Shown here: positions 1-9,710 of the stretch, in pieces
Numbering within the stretch: the first letter of the stretch is position 1
How the letters are laid out: the number at the start of each line of letters is the position of its first letter
Assembly: GCA_040830765.1 (NCBI GenBank)
Contig: JBFOMH010000019.1
Location: forward strand, 64,001 to 128,000
DNA from: Puniceicoccaceae bacterium
GTDB lineage: Bacteria > Verrucomicrobiota > Verrucomicrobiia > Opitutales > Oceanipulchritudinaceae
DNA length: 64,000 nucleotides
Reading direction: 5' to 3'
Translations under genes and position numbers: made by a program
The notes under the pieces: generated by a model
What the model was told of the DNA's origin: nothing
Database searches by the model: none
What the model saw: the letters and a program-made list of their open reading frames with translations, nothing else

Positions 1-565
1 TGAGCACCGCCGCCTGGTCCATGATCCCGCAGGGGACATCCGCATAGTCGTGCTCCGCCTTCTGGCACAGCTTAGCCAGATCAAAGCGATCCATCGTTTT
101 TCCAGCCATGGCCAATAGGGCCAGGCCCGCTGCCGCCTCAAGGGCGGCGCTACTGCTCAGTCCCCCACCAACCGGAATTGTCGACTCGACTTGCGCGTCA
201 AATCCCTGCAGGGGAATGCCGGCCTTCTCTAATCCGGCCATGACGCCTCGGATGTAGCGACCCCAGTCACGGCCGTTGTCAGGCGAAAGGGCATCTATGG
301 CGAACTCCGCCCGCTCTGGAAAATTGGCCGAAGCCAGGCGGACCGTACTGGTTCCGTTGGGCCGGACCGCCATCACCATGTAGCGCTCGATTGCCGCCGG
401 AAGGACCCAGCCGCCGTTGTAATCCACATGCTCCCCGATAACGTTGACCCGGCCGGGGGTAACAGCGACGACGCTCGGCGAATGGCCCCAGGTCCGGGCA
501 AACTGTTCCTTGACCCGCTCTACGATGCGGGCTGAATCTTCGGAATCTTTTATAAAATCGGTCAT
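1..565 (-). CDS. galK: Galactokinase (GHMP kinase family), 3' part runs off the window
   Basis: Manual translation from ATG at 565: MTDFIKDS...PGRVNVIGEHVDYNGGWVLPAAI (galactokinase signature), IPVGGGLSSSAALE (GHMP ATP loop), AEHDYADVPCGIMDQ. Not in the ORF track because it is truncated. Confidence 0.85.
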   Translation of the reverse strand, partial: MTDFIKDSEDSARIVERVKEQFARTWGHSPSVVAVTPGRVNVIGEHVDYNGGWVLPAAIERYMVMAVRPNGTSTVRLASANFPERAEFAIDALSPDNGRDWGRYIRGVMAGLEKAGIPLQGFDAQVESTIPVGGGLSSSAALEAAAGLALLAMAGKTMDRFDLAKLCQKAEHDYADVPCGIMDQAAVL

Positions 566-667
566 ATGATAACGCCTCCTCGGTCGCTTTTAATAAAGCT
601 TAGCATAATATTGTCCCTTGCAATTGATGAATTGTTATCAATTATTTAAGAAATCCGGTCAATTTAG

Positions 668-1834
668 ATGAAGCGCATTGCCATACTTGTGGAAACAGCC
701 TTGGCCTCGGGAAGGAGCATCCTTGCGGGGATCAGCGAGTATGTCCATGAACGGGACGACTGGTCCGTCTTCCACCCGACCGGTTACCTTGGCGCCACTG
801 AGCCCGGCGGACTCGAACAGTGGGACGGAGATGGGATTATCGCCCGCATCTCCGGAACCCGGGTTCTTGAATCCGTGCGACTGAAAAACGTTCCGGTCGT
901 CGATGTCCTGGGCAACGTTCCCGCCTGCCCCTACCCCATCATCAAGAGTGACGACCGGGCCATCGGACGCATGGCGGCGGAACACTTTATCGAGTCCGGT
1001 CATCATCATTTCGCCTTCCTTGGTCTGGAGGATGAGCGCTGGTCACTGGATCGTGAGGAGGCATTCCTGGAAACGGTCCGCCATCGGGCAAGGCAGACCT
1101 CGAGCTTCCACCTCAATGCGGATGAGAAACGTGCCGGCCACTGGAACGAGAACGTCCACCACATGGTGGAGTGGCTGGAACCGCTTCCACGACCGCTGGG
1201 ATTGATGGTAGCCAGTGATCAGTTTGGCCCCATGGCCATGAAAGCCTGCCAACGGATGGGGCTTCTGGTCCCGGAGGAGATCAGTGTCGTCGGGGTGGAC
1301 AACGACCAGCCCTTCTGCGACCTTTGCCGGCCCCGGCTGAGCAGCATCGAACCGGACCACGTGAAGGTCGGTTATGAGGCTGCCAGGCTGCTGGACCGGA
1401 TGATATCCGGGGAAACGGTCTCCATCCGGCAGGTTGAGACGTCACCCCTGACCCTGCACCGGCGTCCCTCCACCGATGCAACAGCCGTCAATGATCCGAC
1501 ACTGGTGAAGGCCCTGCAATATATCCGCGAAAGCGCCTGCCTTGGGATATCCGTTGATGCCGTCGCCCGGGAGGCTGGTCTCTCGCGCAGCGTCCTGCAG
1601 CGACGCTTCCAGGAGCACCTCGGAAGAACTGTCGGGGAAAGCCTGCAGGCAACCAAGCTGCGCCGGGCCCGGGACATGCTCACGTTTACGGAACTTCCCC
1701 TTGCTGAGGTGGCCGAGCGAAGCGGATTCAATTACCAGGAGTACCTGACCTACGTCTTCAAGAAGCACCTCGGCACGACGCCTGCACGCTATCGGGCCAA
1801 TACGAGGGAGTTGGCCCGGGACAGTTTAACGTGA
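668..1834 (+). CDS. XylR-type transcriptional regulator (periplasmic-binding-protein-like sensor + C-terminal AraC HTH)
   Basis: N-term RIAILVET..., VPEEISVVGVDND, LSSI, C-terminal AraC pattern LAEVAERSGF...YLTYVFKKHLGTTPARYR; divergent from galK. Confidence 0.9.
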   Translation: MKRIAILVETALASGRSILAGISEYVHERDDWSVFHPTGYLGATEPGGLEQWDGDGIIARISGTRVLESVRLKNVPVVDVLGNVPACPYPIIKSDDRAIGRMAAEHFIESGHHHFAFLGLEDERWSLDREEAFLETVRHRARQTSSFHLNADEKRAGHWNENVHHMVEWLEPLPRPLGLMVASDQFGPMAMKACQRMGLLVPEEISVVGVDNDQPFCDLCRPRLSSIEPDHVKVGYEAARLLDRMISGETVSIRQVETSPLTLHRRPSTDATAVNDPTLVKALQYIRESACLGISVDAVAREAGLSRSVLQRRFQEHLGRTVGESLQATKLRRARDMLTFTELPLAEVAERSGFNYQEYLTYVFKKHLGTTPARYRANTRELARDSLT

Positions 1835-1894
1835 AAAATATCAGGGACAGGGCGACTGGCTGCTAAAGGAATTGAGTGCTTCAGCAAGGTTGTC

Positions 1895-2932
1895 TTAACG
1901 GGTTATGGTGCCGTCCAAATCCCAAAGATCCTGCCAGTCATTTGCCCCTTCCCAGAGGAAAACCTGCCCCTTGATAAGGCGGCAATTCCGATCAATACCG
2001 GCGATAGCGGCCATCTCCTCATCTGTCAGGGGATCGTCGCAGATGCTCTTCAGGTTGGAGAGGTAATTCCGGCGACTGGTGGACATGGGGATCGGTACCT
2101 GACCCCGCTGGGCGGCCCACTTGACGCACAAGGTGGCAGGATGGATACCGTGATTTGCCGCGATCTCGACAATTACCGGATCCTCAATATCAACCGTGTC
2201 TTCAGGGGTACGGTCACGCTCAGGTCGGGCCGGGGATCCAATGGGGCTGTAGCCAACCGGGACTATCCCGTTCTTCACCACGTAATCGAAGAGATCCGGC
2301 TGCTGGAAATGCGGGTGGAGTTCCATTTCATTGACGGCCGGCTTGATAGTGGCATCTCGCAGAATCAGTTCCAGCTTGGGGACTGTGACGTTGGAGGTAC
2401 CGATATTGCGGACCAGTCCGGCCTCCACTAATTGCTCCATCTCCTGCCAGGTCCGCATGAAGTTTTCATGGATGTAGGGCGTGGAGTCCGGGGATCGGGA
2501 ATCGACATCGCATTTCGGCGGATGGTAGTTGGGAAACGGCCAGTGGACGAGGTAGAGGTCGAGATAATCCAGACCAAGGTCCTGCAGTGACTGCTTGCAG
2601 GATGCTGTTACTTGTCCTTCCCCATGCATGTCGTTCCAAAGCTTGGACGTGATCCAAAGTTCCTCGCGGGCGATCCCGCCATCCAGGATCACCTTCAGGG
2701 ACTCGCCTATCTTGTCTTCATTGCAATAAACCGAGGCACAATCGAAGTGGCGGTAACCGACAGCCGCCGCCCCGATGACAGCATTGGCAATGGCCTCATG
2801 GCTCACGGCATCCGAACCGAAGGTTCCAAGCCCGATAGCCGGTATTGTGTCCCCGGTGTGAAGGGTCCGGAATGGAACGGTTGCGGGGTCGACTTCATCT
2901 CCCTTCCGCTCGAGTAAAGGATGTTCTGACAT
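1895..2932 (-). CDS. Aldo/keto reductase
   Basis: IPAIGLGTF, GYRHFDCASVY, ITSKLWN, DYLDLYLVHWP, IGTSN, VNEMELHP motifs. Confidence 0.92.
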   Translation of the reverse strand: MSEHPLLERKGDEVDPATVPFRTLHTGDTIPAIGLGTFGSDAVSHEAIANAVIGAAAVGYRHFDCASVYCNEDKIGESLKVILDGGIAREELWITSKLWNDMHGEGQVTASCKQSLQDLGLDYLDLYLVHWPFPNYHPPKCDVDSRSPDSTPYIHENFMRTWQEMEQLVEAGLVRNIGTSNVTVPKLELILRDATIKPAVNEMELHPHFQQPDLFDYVVKNGIVPVGYSPIGSPARPERDRTPEDTVDIEDPVIVEIAANHGIHPATLCVKWAAQRGQVPIPMSTSRRNYLSNLKSICDDPLTDEEMAAIAGIDRNCRLIKGQVFLWEGANDWQDLWDLDGTITR

Positions 2933-2956
2933 TGTTTGATGGAGTTTGAGAATAGT

Positions 2957-3388
2957 TCAGCAGGGGGTGACGCCCTTTTTTAGCAGGATGTTGCCGTACT
3001 TGGCCGTCTCTCCGGTCATGACCACGGCAAAGGCGGACTTGGCCCGCTCATAGAAGGCAAAGCGATCGATGCGTTCTATCGGCGCGACGCCGGGATTCGT
3101 CTGGTGGATGCTCATGAGGTACGATTCCTCAACGGCCGGATCCAGGGTATCGCCTTCCACCGCAGCCATCATGGCAAGGGGATGTTCCACATAGGAATCC
3201 AGTTCAAAGAGCGGTAGAATGGCCGCCAGCAGATCGGGAATGCGTAGGCCGTCGGCGCGAATGACGTAATCATTGCAGCTCTCGCCCGGGAAATGGGCGT
3301 CGGCGAGGATGAGCTCGTCCCCATGTCCCATGCGGGCCATGACTTCGAGCAATTCAGGACTGATGAGGGGTGATATGCCTTTTAACAT
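2957..3388 (-). CDS. fucU: RbsD/FucU-family mutarotase (L-fucose mutarotase-like)
   Basis: [14 protein letters not shown]...[15 protein letters not shown]...[28 protein letters not shown]. Confidence 0.9.
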   Translation of the reverse strand: MLKGISPLISPELLEVMARMGHGDELILADAHFPGESCNDYVIRADGLRIPDLLAAILPLFELDSYVEHPLAMMAAVEGDTLDPAVEESYLMSIHQTNPGVAPIERIDRFAFYERAKSAFAVVMTGETAKYGNILLKKGVTPC

Positions 3389-3410
3389 GATAGATGTTCC
3401 TAATTAAAAT

Positions 3411-4529
3411 TTAACAACAGCCACAATCGCTGTCCGCAGCCAGGTTCGCTCCGCTGCTCTCGCGTTCCAGTTCCTCGTCGAAACAGACTGCAACCTTTCC
3501 ACAACGACCCTCGTTCATTAGCTCGTATGCCTTGTCGACATCACTGAGAGCAAACCGGTGCGTGACCAAATCCTCAGGATGGATTTGCCAGCGGACAAGG
3601 CGCTCAATGAGCTCCTCCATGCGCCAGAGATTCGTCACCCAGGACCCGTAGATCGTCTTCTGGTCATGGATGATATCCCGGGATGGGTGGAATTCACACG
3701 TCCCACCCTCGCCAATGAAGACAATTTTGCCCCATTTGCGGGCTGCCTGAATGGCAGTCAGGCGGGCTTTGTCGTTGCCGGAGCAATCCACTGAGCGCTC
3801 GACGCCCCTTCCGCCGGTCAACTTCAGGACTTGGGCGAGGTTGTCCGGACCGGCTGTCAATACATGGTCACAAAGTCCCTTTTCCAGCGCGATCTCCATG
3901 CGCTCCGGGATAACGTCAATCCCGATAATCTGGTTTGCTCCGAGGGCACGGCAGAGCATCCCGGCCGCCAGCCCAACGGGGCCCAACCCGGTGATGAGCA
4001 CGGCATCATTGCCGCTGATCCCAATCTTCTCCAATCCTTCATAAACGGTCCCGAATCCGCAGGCCACCTGGGCTCCATCGACATAACTGAGTTCATCCGG
4101 AAGCAGGCAAAGGTCCTTTTCCTCTGCCAGGCAATAATCCGCCATGCCGCCATCCCGTTGCCAGCCATAGGCGGCCCGGGAGGGACTGGTGCAGCTGATC
4201 ATGTAACCCCTGCGGCAGTCGTTGCAGACCCCGCATCCGGAAATATGGTAAACGACAACTCGATCCCCTTCTTTAAAGCGCTTCAAACCGGGGCCGGCCT
4301 TGACGATTTGGCCGCAGGGTTCATGGCCAGCAATCTTGTCTTGGTAGGCCTCGGGACCTTTGCCAAGATGCTCCCGGTAGATGGCCCGGATATCGCTGCC
4401 ACAGATAGTGGAGGCCTTCATCCGGAGAAGAACTTCCCCGTGCCCAGGCTCGGGGACCGGGACATCCCTGAGGACCGTTGTGCTGTTTCCGGGCAAGTAG
4501 GCCCCTTGCATCGTATTGGGTAGTGCCAT
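3411..4529 (-). CDS. Zinc-binding (MDR) sugar/polyol dehydrogenase, YphC-like
   Basis: [26 protein letters not shown] structural Zn, GLGPVG Rossmann; [25 protein letters not shown] and GSWVT segments recalled as similar to E. coli YphC. Start taken at MALPNT (4529). Confidence 0.85.
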   Translation of the reverse strand: MALPNTMQGAYLPGNSTTVLRDVPVPEPGHGEVLLRMKASTICGSDIRAIYREHLGKGPEAYQDKIAGHEPCGQIVKAGPGLKRFKEGDRVVVYHISGCGVCNDCRRGYMISCTSPSRAAYGWQRDGGMADYCLAEEKDLCLLPDELSYVDGAQVACGFGTVYEGLEKIGISGNDAVLITGLGPVGLAAGMLCRALGANQIIGIDVIPERMEIALEKGLCDHVLTAGPDNLAQVLKLTGGRGVERSVDCSGNDKARLTAIQAARKWGKIVFIGEGGTCEFHPSRDIIHDQKTIYGSWVTNLWRMEELIERLVRWQIHPEDLVTHRFALSDVDKAYELMNEGRCGKVAVCFDEELERESSGANLAADSDCGCC

Positions 4530-4568
4530 GGTTTCTTCAAGATAATGCATGGGGCCTGAAAAGAAAAT

Positions 4569-4699
4569 CGAAAATCCGGACCTTGGGATGGATAATAATG
4601 ACCTTGAATAGAGGCCAAGCCATCTTCTGGCGCCAAATAGTCCTGAGGAATTCGGATTATCCGATTGAGGTCAGGAATATCCATGTTCAGGATGTATCC
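4569..4699. promoter_or_regulatory. Candidate operator repeats (GGTCnGGATTATCC-like) in the divergent dehydrogenase/fucP promoter
   Basis: Minus strand: GGTCATTATTATCC (4603-4590) and GGTCCGGATTTTCG (4582-4569), 21 bp apart. Plus strand: AATTCGGATTATCC (4649), GGTCAGGAATATCC (4669), GTTCAGGATGTATCC (4685). Confidence 0.45.
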
Positions 4700-4793
4700 T
4701 TCCATTCCCCGTTCCAGCCAAAGCAACTAACATCGCGGCGGGTGGGCATCTATTACAGGGATTGTGTTTCATCATTACCTCACTAACCACATC

Positions 4794-6212
4794 ATGAGTA
4801 ACTCCAATAATGACGGCGGGAACCACGCCAATCGGGTCGTCCAGCCCCAGTACCTCTACCCCTTCATCCTGGTCACCAGCCTCTTTGCCCTCTGGGGCTT
4901 TGCCAACGACGTGACCAATCCGCTCGTCCGGGCCTTCAAGGAAATCTTCCTCATCAGCAATGCCCAAAGCAGCCTCGTGCAATGGGCCTTCTACGGCGGC
5001 TATGCCACCATGGCCATTCCGGCAGCCCTGGTCATCCGCAAGCTCTCCTTCAAGTCGGGCATCATCATTGGGCTGATCCTCTACGCGGCGGGTGCGCTGC
5101 TGACCATCCCCGCGGCCTCCCTGATGCAATTCAACATCTTCCTCATTGGGTTCTATGTCCTGACCTTTGGACTGGCCTTCCTGGAGACCAGCGCCAACCC
5201 CTACATACTCTCCATGGGCTCACCGGAGACGGCCACCCGGCGCCTTAATCTCGCCCAGGCCTTTAATCCAATGGGTTCCCTGACGGGGATGCTGGTAGCG
5301 AGCATGTTGATCCTTCCCAATCTCGACGTGGCCGACTTCCGCCAGGCACAATGGGACAATCATCCGGAATACCAGGAGATGCTACCCAGTGAGGTGGATG
5401 GTTTGATCAACACAGCCTTGGAGACTTTCGCTGAAACCAGTCCGCAAACCCATCAGGCGATGGTTGCCCATGACCTCAGTGTCGTGAAGATCCCCTATGT
5501 TGTCATTGCCATGGTGGTCACCGGGGTTCTCCTCCTGTTCATTGTCTCCAAGATGCCGGATACCGGTGACGAAGAAGAAAAGATCCGGCTGGGACCGCTG
5601 ATGCGACACTTGTTTGGCAGCTTCCACTACTACGGAGGTGTGATCGCCCAGACCTTTTACGTGGGGGCCCAAATCATGTGCTGGACCTTCATTATCCATT
5701 ACGGGATGACCCTCATTGGACTCAGTGCTGCCCAGGCCCAGAATTACAATATCATCGCCATGGTCATCTTTCTCAGCTCCCGTTTCATCTGTACGTTTTT
5801 CCTCAAGTACATCAATCCGGGCATGCTGCTGGGCATTCTCGCCATTGGGGGCGGTTTGCTGACCTTGGGAGCGATCTTCATCCAGGGCATGCCGGGCCTT
5901 TATTGCCTCATCGGTGTTTCCGCCTGCATGTCACTGATGTTCCCGACCATTTACGGCATTGCGCTCCATGGGCTGACTCCCAACGACGCCAAACTGGGCT
6001 CGGCCGGGCTCATCTTTGCCATCGTTGGCGGTGCCTTCATGCCACGGATGCAAGGCGCCATGATCGACGGCGAAGGGATGACCCTCTTCGGCCAGACCCT
6101 GGAGTCCGTCCGGGTCTCCTTTTTCCTGCCCGTGATCTGCTTCATCGTCATTGCCATCTACGGTTTCCTTTCCAACGCCATTGACCGCAAAGAGCACCCC
6201 GGCGGAGCCTGA
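4794..6212 (+). CDS. fucP: FucP-family sugar:H+ symporter (MFS)
   Basis: PFILVTSLFALWGFAND, FLETSANPY, RRLNLAQAFNPMG, FYVGAQI, MSLMFPTIY motifs; about 12 hydrophobic segments. Confidence 0.9.
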   Translation: MSNSNNDGGNHANRVVQPQYLYPFILVTSLFALWGFANDVTNPLVRAFKEIFLISNAQSSLVQWAFYGGYATMAIPAALVIRKLSFKSGIIIGLILYAAGALLTIPAASLMQFNIFLIGFYVLTFGLAFLETSANPYILSMGSPETATRRLNLAQAFNPMGSLTGMLVASMLILPNLDVADFRQAQWDNHPEYQEMLPSEVDGLINTALETFAETSPQTHQAMVAHDLSVVKIPYVVIAMVVTGVLLLFIVSKMPDTGDEEEKIRLGPLMRHLFGSFHYYGGVIAQTFYVGAQIMCWTFIIHYGMTLIGLSAAQAQNYNIIAMVIFLSSRFICTFFLKYINPGMLLGILAIGGGLLTLGAIFIQGMPGLYCLIGVSACMSLMFPTIYGIALHGLTPNDAKLGSAGLIFAIVGGAFMPRMQGAMIDGEGMTLFGQTLESVRVSFFLPVICFIVIAIYGFLSNAIDRKEHPGGA

Positions 6213-6275
6213 GCAGCCGCGCAGAGCCAGCAAGTCGGGATTGAAACAATGACCGACTCATGTTAGCTTTCACTG

Positions 6276-6680
6276 GTGACGCTACTGGAATGGTTCAAGG
6301 AACATGAAGCCCTGCTGGCTTGGAGCGGTGGCTTGGGATTCCTCATGTTTGTCGCTTCGATCGCCGCCATTCCCATTATCATCGCCTGGATGCCGGAAGA
6401 CTATTTCGTCCGCATCTCGCGGAAACCCTTCAAGCGCAAGCCGTTGCGGCAAGTCCTCCGTATTCTCAAAAACTTACTCGGCCTGACGCTCCTGCTGTGC
6501 GGACTCATCCTCCTGCTCCTCCCCGGACAGGGCATTCTCACCATCGTCATCGGAATCAGCCTCATTGACTTCCCGGGCAAGCACCAGCTCCAGTTGCGCC
6601 TCGTCCAGACCCCTAAAATCCGCCAGTCCATCCAGTGGATCCGCGCCAGGGTCCATCATAAGCCCCTCATCATCCCCTGA
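6276..6680 (+). CDS. Small membrane protein, PGPGW-like family
   Basis: Hydrophobic segments and LLLPGQGILTIVIGISLIDFPGK motif; GTG start. Confidence 0.7.
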   Translation: MTLLEWFKEHEALLAWSGGLGFLMFVASIAAIPIIIAWMPEDYFVRISRKPFKRKPLRQVLRILKNLLGLTLLLCGLILLLLPGQGILTIVIGISLIDFPGKHQLQLRLVQTPKIRQSIQWIRARVHHKPLIIP

Positions 6681-6783
6681 ATACTGACCGGTTCGGATGT
6701 AAAACCCACCCTGAGCTCGCCTCACAGGTTTCCAGAAGCTCTGTAATTCTAAAAACAGACAAGAAGACAAATAGCCCCTTTTG

Positions 6784-6835
6784 TGCGCTTTTTCAGTCTT
6801 CAAACAGATTTTTTCAATGACCTAACCAATTGCGA
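6784..6835 (+). promoter_or_regulatory. Regulon operator site A + -35-like TTG
   Basis: TGCGC-TTTTTCAG-N13-TTTTTCAATGAC-N8-TTGCGA upstream of ATG 6890. Confidence 0.75.
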
Positions 6836-6889
6836 CAAGGTGCATAACTGCCATAGCTTCATTTCTGAAACCTAAATCTCCACTAGAAC

Positions 6890-7765
6890 ATGAAGAAAAC
6901 CTACTTACTTATACTCCCTCTTATTCTCCCAGCCCTAACCTTTTCCCAACCGGTCCAGTTGTGGGAGTTCAACGACGCGGCGGGAACCATCCTTGAAGAA
7001 ACAGTGAATACCGGGACTCCCGGGTCGGCTGTCTGGAGCGCTGGATTCGGAGCCAGCACAACGAATGGAAGTGGCCTGTTCATCATCAATGATGCGGACG
7101 GCAATGCCTTCAAGACAGCCCCGATGGGAACCGGCGAGGGCATGTTGACCTATGAATTCATCATTCACTCATGGGACCTTGATGAACAGAATGATCCGGC
7201 AGCCCAATCCTTCCGCAATTTCGGGGTTCGACTTCGGGATAATGGTGCGGGCAGCAATGTTATGAATTTCCAGGTCCAACAGCAGGGAAATGGCAACCTG
7301 CGCTTTCGCATTTCCGACAACAACGGCATAACCAACCAGGTCGTTGGTGCTTATGACGGATTGCCGATGGTCAGCACAACTATTTACACGGTCCAGTTGA
7401 TGATTGATACGGCAACAGGTGCATGGACGCTTAATATCAATAATGATACGGCGATCGCGTCCGGCACGGCCATAGTCGGCAACCTAGACACGCTGAATTT
7501 CTATAAACAGGGTGCATACGGTGGTGGTTCCACCCCAGATTTTGTCGCCATTGAAGAGATTTCCCTGAGTGGGCCAGTGGCCAGTGTGACGTGGGCCGGC
7601 TACGATGTCGACGACCTGGGCTGGGCCAATACAACGCCGTGGCTCGGTTTCGTGAATGTCCTTGCTGATCCCTGGATCTGGTCGGCCAGCATCAACAACT
7701 GGATGTACATGCCGGAAGAAGGCGTGGGCGAAGGCGGCAGTTGGGCCTACGTTCTTGGCCAATAG
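6890..7765 (+). CDS. Secreted beta-rich protein with C-terminal Trp/Gly-rich domain
   Basis: Signal peptide MKKTYLLILPLILPALTFSQ; passenger resembles the 21938-22747 protein; C-terminal 56 aa match the 55436-56422 protein. Confidence 0.85.
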   Translation: MKKTYLLILPLILPALTFSQPVQLWEFNDAAGTILEETVNTGTPGSAVWSAGFGASTTNGSGLFIINDADGNAFKTAPMGTGEGMLTYEFIIHSWDLDEQNDPAAQSFRNFGVRLRDNGAGSNVMNFQVQQQGNGNLRFRISDNNGITNQVVGAYDGLPMVSTTIYTVQLMIDTATGAWTLNINNDTAIASGTAIVGNLDTLNFYKQGAYGGGSTPDFVAIEEISLSGPVASVTWAGYDVDDLGWANTTPWLGFVNVLADPWIWSASINNWMYMPEEGVGEGGSWAYVLGQ

Positions 7766-7810
7766 ACTTTTGTTTGGTTAGGGGTGGATTCCACCCTGGG
7801 TTTTTGGACT

Positions 7811-7842
7811 AGGCCCGCCCTTCATGGGGGCGGGCCTTTTTT
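7811..7842 (+). terminator. Rho-independent terminator
   Basis: AGGCCCGCCC-ttcatgg-GGGCGGGCCT-TTTTT between convergent genes. Confidence 0.85.
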
Positions 7843-7856
7843 CACCAAATGAGATT

Positions 7857-9707
7857 TCAGGTCCCCACCCGGTCGAGGGCGCGAGCCTCTGTCTCGCGGC
7901 GGAACTGCCGGGTATAGAGGGCGAAATAGTGCCCCTTGGCGGCGATAAGCTCTGAATGGGAGCCCATCTCGATAATTTTCCCCTTGTCGATGACGAGAAT
8001 CCGGTCGGCGGAGCGGATGGTGGAGAGCCGGTGGGCGATGACGAAACTGATCCGCCCGCGAAGAATGGTGTGGAGGCCCTTCTGGATGAGGGCTTCGGTC
8101 TCGGTATCGATGGAGGAAGTGGCCTCGTCCATGATGAATATCTGCGGATTGGCGAGGATCGCCCGGGCAAAGGAGACCAGCTGCTTCTGTCCGGTGGAGA
8201 GGCGGTTACCGCCCTCCCCGACCGAGGTATCGTATCCGTTTTCGAGCTTGGAGATGAACCCGTGGGCATTGACCATGCGGGCGGCCTGCTCGACTTCCTC
8301 CATGGAGGCGTTGAGGCGTCCGTAGCGGATATTCTCGAGCACGGTCCCGGCGAAGAGGTGCGGTGACTGCAGGACGATTCCCAGGTTGGACTGGTACCAT
8401 TCGAGGGAACGCTCACGGTATTCCACATCATCGATGAAGATGCCTCCCTTGGTGGGTTCATAGAACCGGGCCAGGAGGTTGACGATGGTGCTTTTACCGC
8501 CCCCGCTGGCCCCGACCAGGGCAATCGTTTCGCCCGGATTGACCGCGAGGCTGAAGCCTTCGAGGACCGGTTCGTTGTCCTCGTAACTGAAGGAGACATC
8601 GCGGAAATCAATCCGCTGGATTTGCGCCGGATAGCCATCCGGGGCCATGCCCGGACTGCCCTGGGCGTTGCTGTTGGCCTCTAGGCGCTTGAGGACATGT
8701 TCGCTGTCCGTAATCCCGGGTTCGGTGGCGAGAAGGCTGAGGACGCGCTCCCCAGCGGCCTGGGCACCCTGTAACTGGACAAGGATTGAGGCGATCTGGT
8801 TGATCGGCTCGAAGAATTGCCCGGCATAGAATATGAAGGCGATCAAGGTCCCGAGGGTCACCGCACCGGCAAGGTGGTCGACCCCGCCAATCCAGAGGAC
8901 GGTCCCGGCCGCGACACTCCCGATAGTCAGGACGATCGGCAGGTAGACGGCCGACTGGATGGCGTTGAGTACCGAATAGTCGTACATCTTGTCTGACAGG
9001 ACCTGGAATTCCTTCAGGTTGGCCTTTTCGCGGACAAAGGTCTTGGTGGTCTTCAATCCCTGGATGCCCTCACTGAAAGCCGCCGTGATGAAGGAGTTGT
9101 ACTTTCGGGTCTTGCGCGAGCTCAGGAGGAGCCGCTTCTGGAACCAGGAGCTGATAACGACCAGTGGTGGGACCACCCCGAGCACAATCAGGCCCAGTTT
9201 GAGATTGAGGACCAGCAGGATGACCGAGATGGCGAGGATGAGACTGGAGGCCCAGACAAGGTCAAGGAGGCTCCAGGCAATGACCCGTGAAAGCTTGTCG
9301 CAATCACTGGTCAGCCGGGAGATCAGCCAGCCGGTTGGGCGGTGGTCAAAGTAGGCAAACTCCAACTCCTGGATGCGGGTAAAGGTGGCCCGGCGAATAT
9401 CATGGCTCATGTGGTGACTGAGGCCACCCGCGAGATTGATGAAGGCCCAGACCCCGAAGGCGAGCAGGGCCGCGAGGCCCATGTAGGCGCCCACATAGGG
9501 CAACGGATTGAAGCCCTGTTCCATATTGGTGACATCGTCCACCGCCCAGCGGGTAACGAGCGCAAAACTGGCATCACAGACTGCGATCGCCACAGCGGCA
9601 ACCCCCAGCAGGATCATCATCCGCTTGTAGGGCATGGCATGTCGCAGCACCTGGCCCCAGAGCTTCAGGTCCAGCCGATCGTGAAAGGTTTCTTCTTCAA
9701 GATGCAT
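7857..9707 (-). CDS. ABC exporter, fused TMD-NBD subunit B (consensus ATP site)
   Basis: N-terminal TM domain, Walker A GASGGGKST, LSTGQKQ, IFIMDEATS, IAHRLSTI. Confidence 0.95.
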   Translation of the reverse strand: MHLEEETFHDRLDLKLWGQVLRHAMPYKRMMILLGVAAVAIAVCDASFALVTRWAVDDVTNMEQGFNPLPYVGAYMGLAALLAFGVWAFINLAGGLSHHMSHDIRRATFTRIQELEFAYFDHRPTGWLISRLTSDCDKLSRVIAWSLLDLVWASSLILAISVILLVLNLKLGLIVLGVVPPLVVISSWFQKRLLLSSRKTRKYNSFITAAFSEGIQGLKTTKTFVREKANLKEFQVLSDKMYDYSVLNAIQSAVYLPIVLTIGSVAAGTVLWIGGVDHLAGAVTLGTLIAFIFYAGQFFEPINQIASILVQLQGAQAAGERVLSLLATEPGITDSEHVLKRLEANSNAQGSPGMAPDGYPAQIQRIDFRDVSFSYEDNEPVLEGFSLAVNPGETIALVGASGGGKSTIVNLLARFYEPTKGGIFIDDVEYRERSLEWYQSNLGIVLQSPHLFAGTVLENIRYGRLNASMEEVEQAARMVNAHGFISKLENGYDTSVGEGGNRLSTGQKQLVSFARAILANPQIFIMDEATSSIDTETEALIQKGLHTILRGRISFVIAHRLSTIRSADRILVIDKGKIIEMGSHSELIAAKGHYFALYTRQFRRETEARALDRVGT

Positions 9708-9710
9708 GAC

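Noticed and set aside
7778..8638. 286-aa same-strand alternative-frame ORF within the ABC gene
   Set aside because: Its Ser/Pro/Arg-rich composition is typical of off-frame translation, and the ABC frame is intact, so no frameshift is needed.
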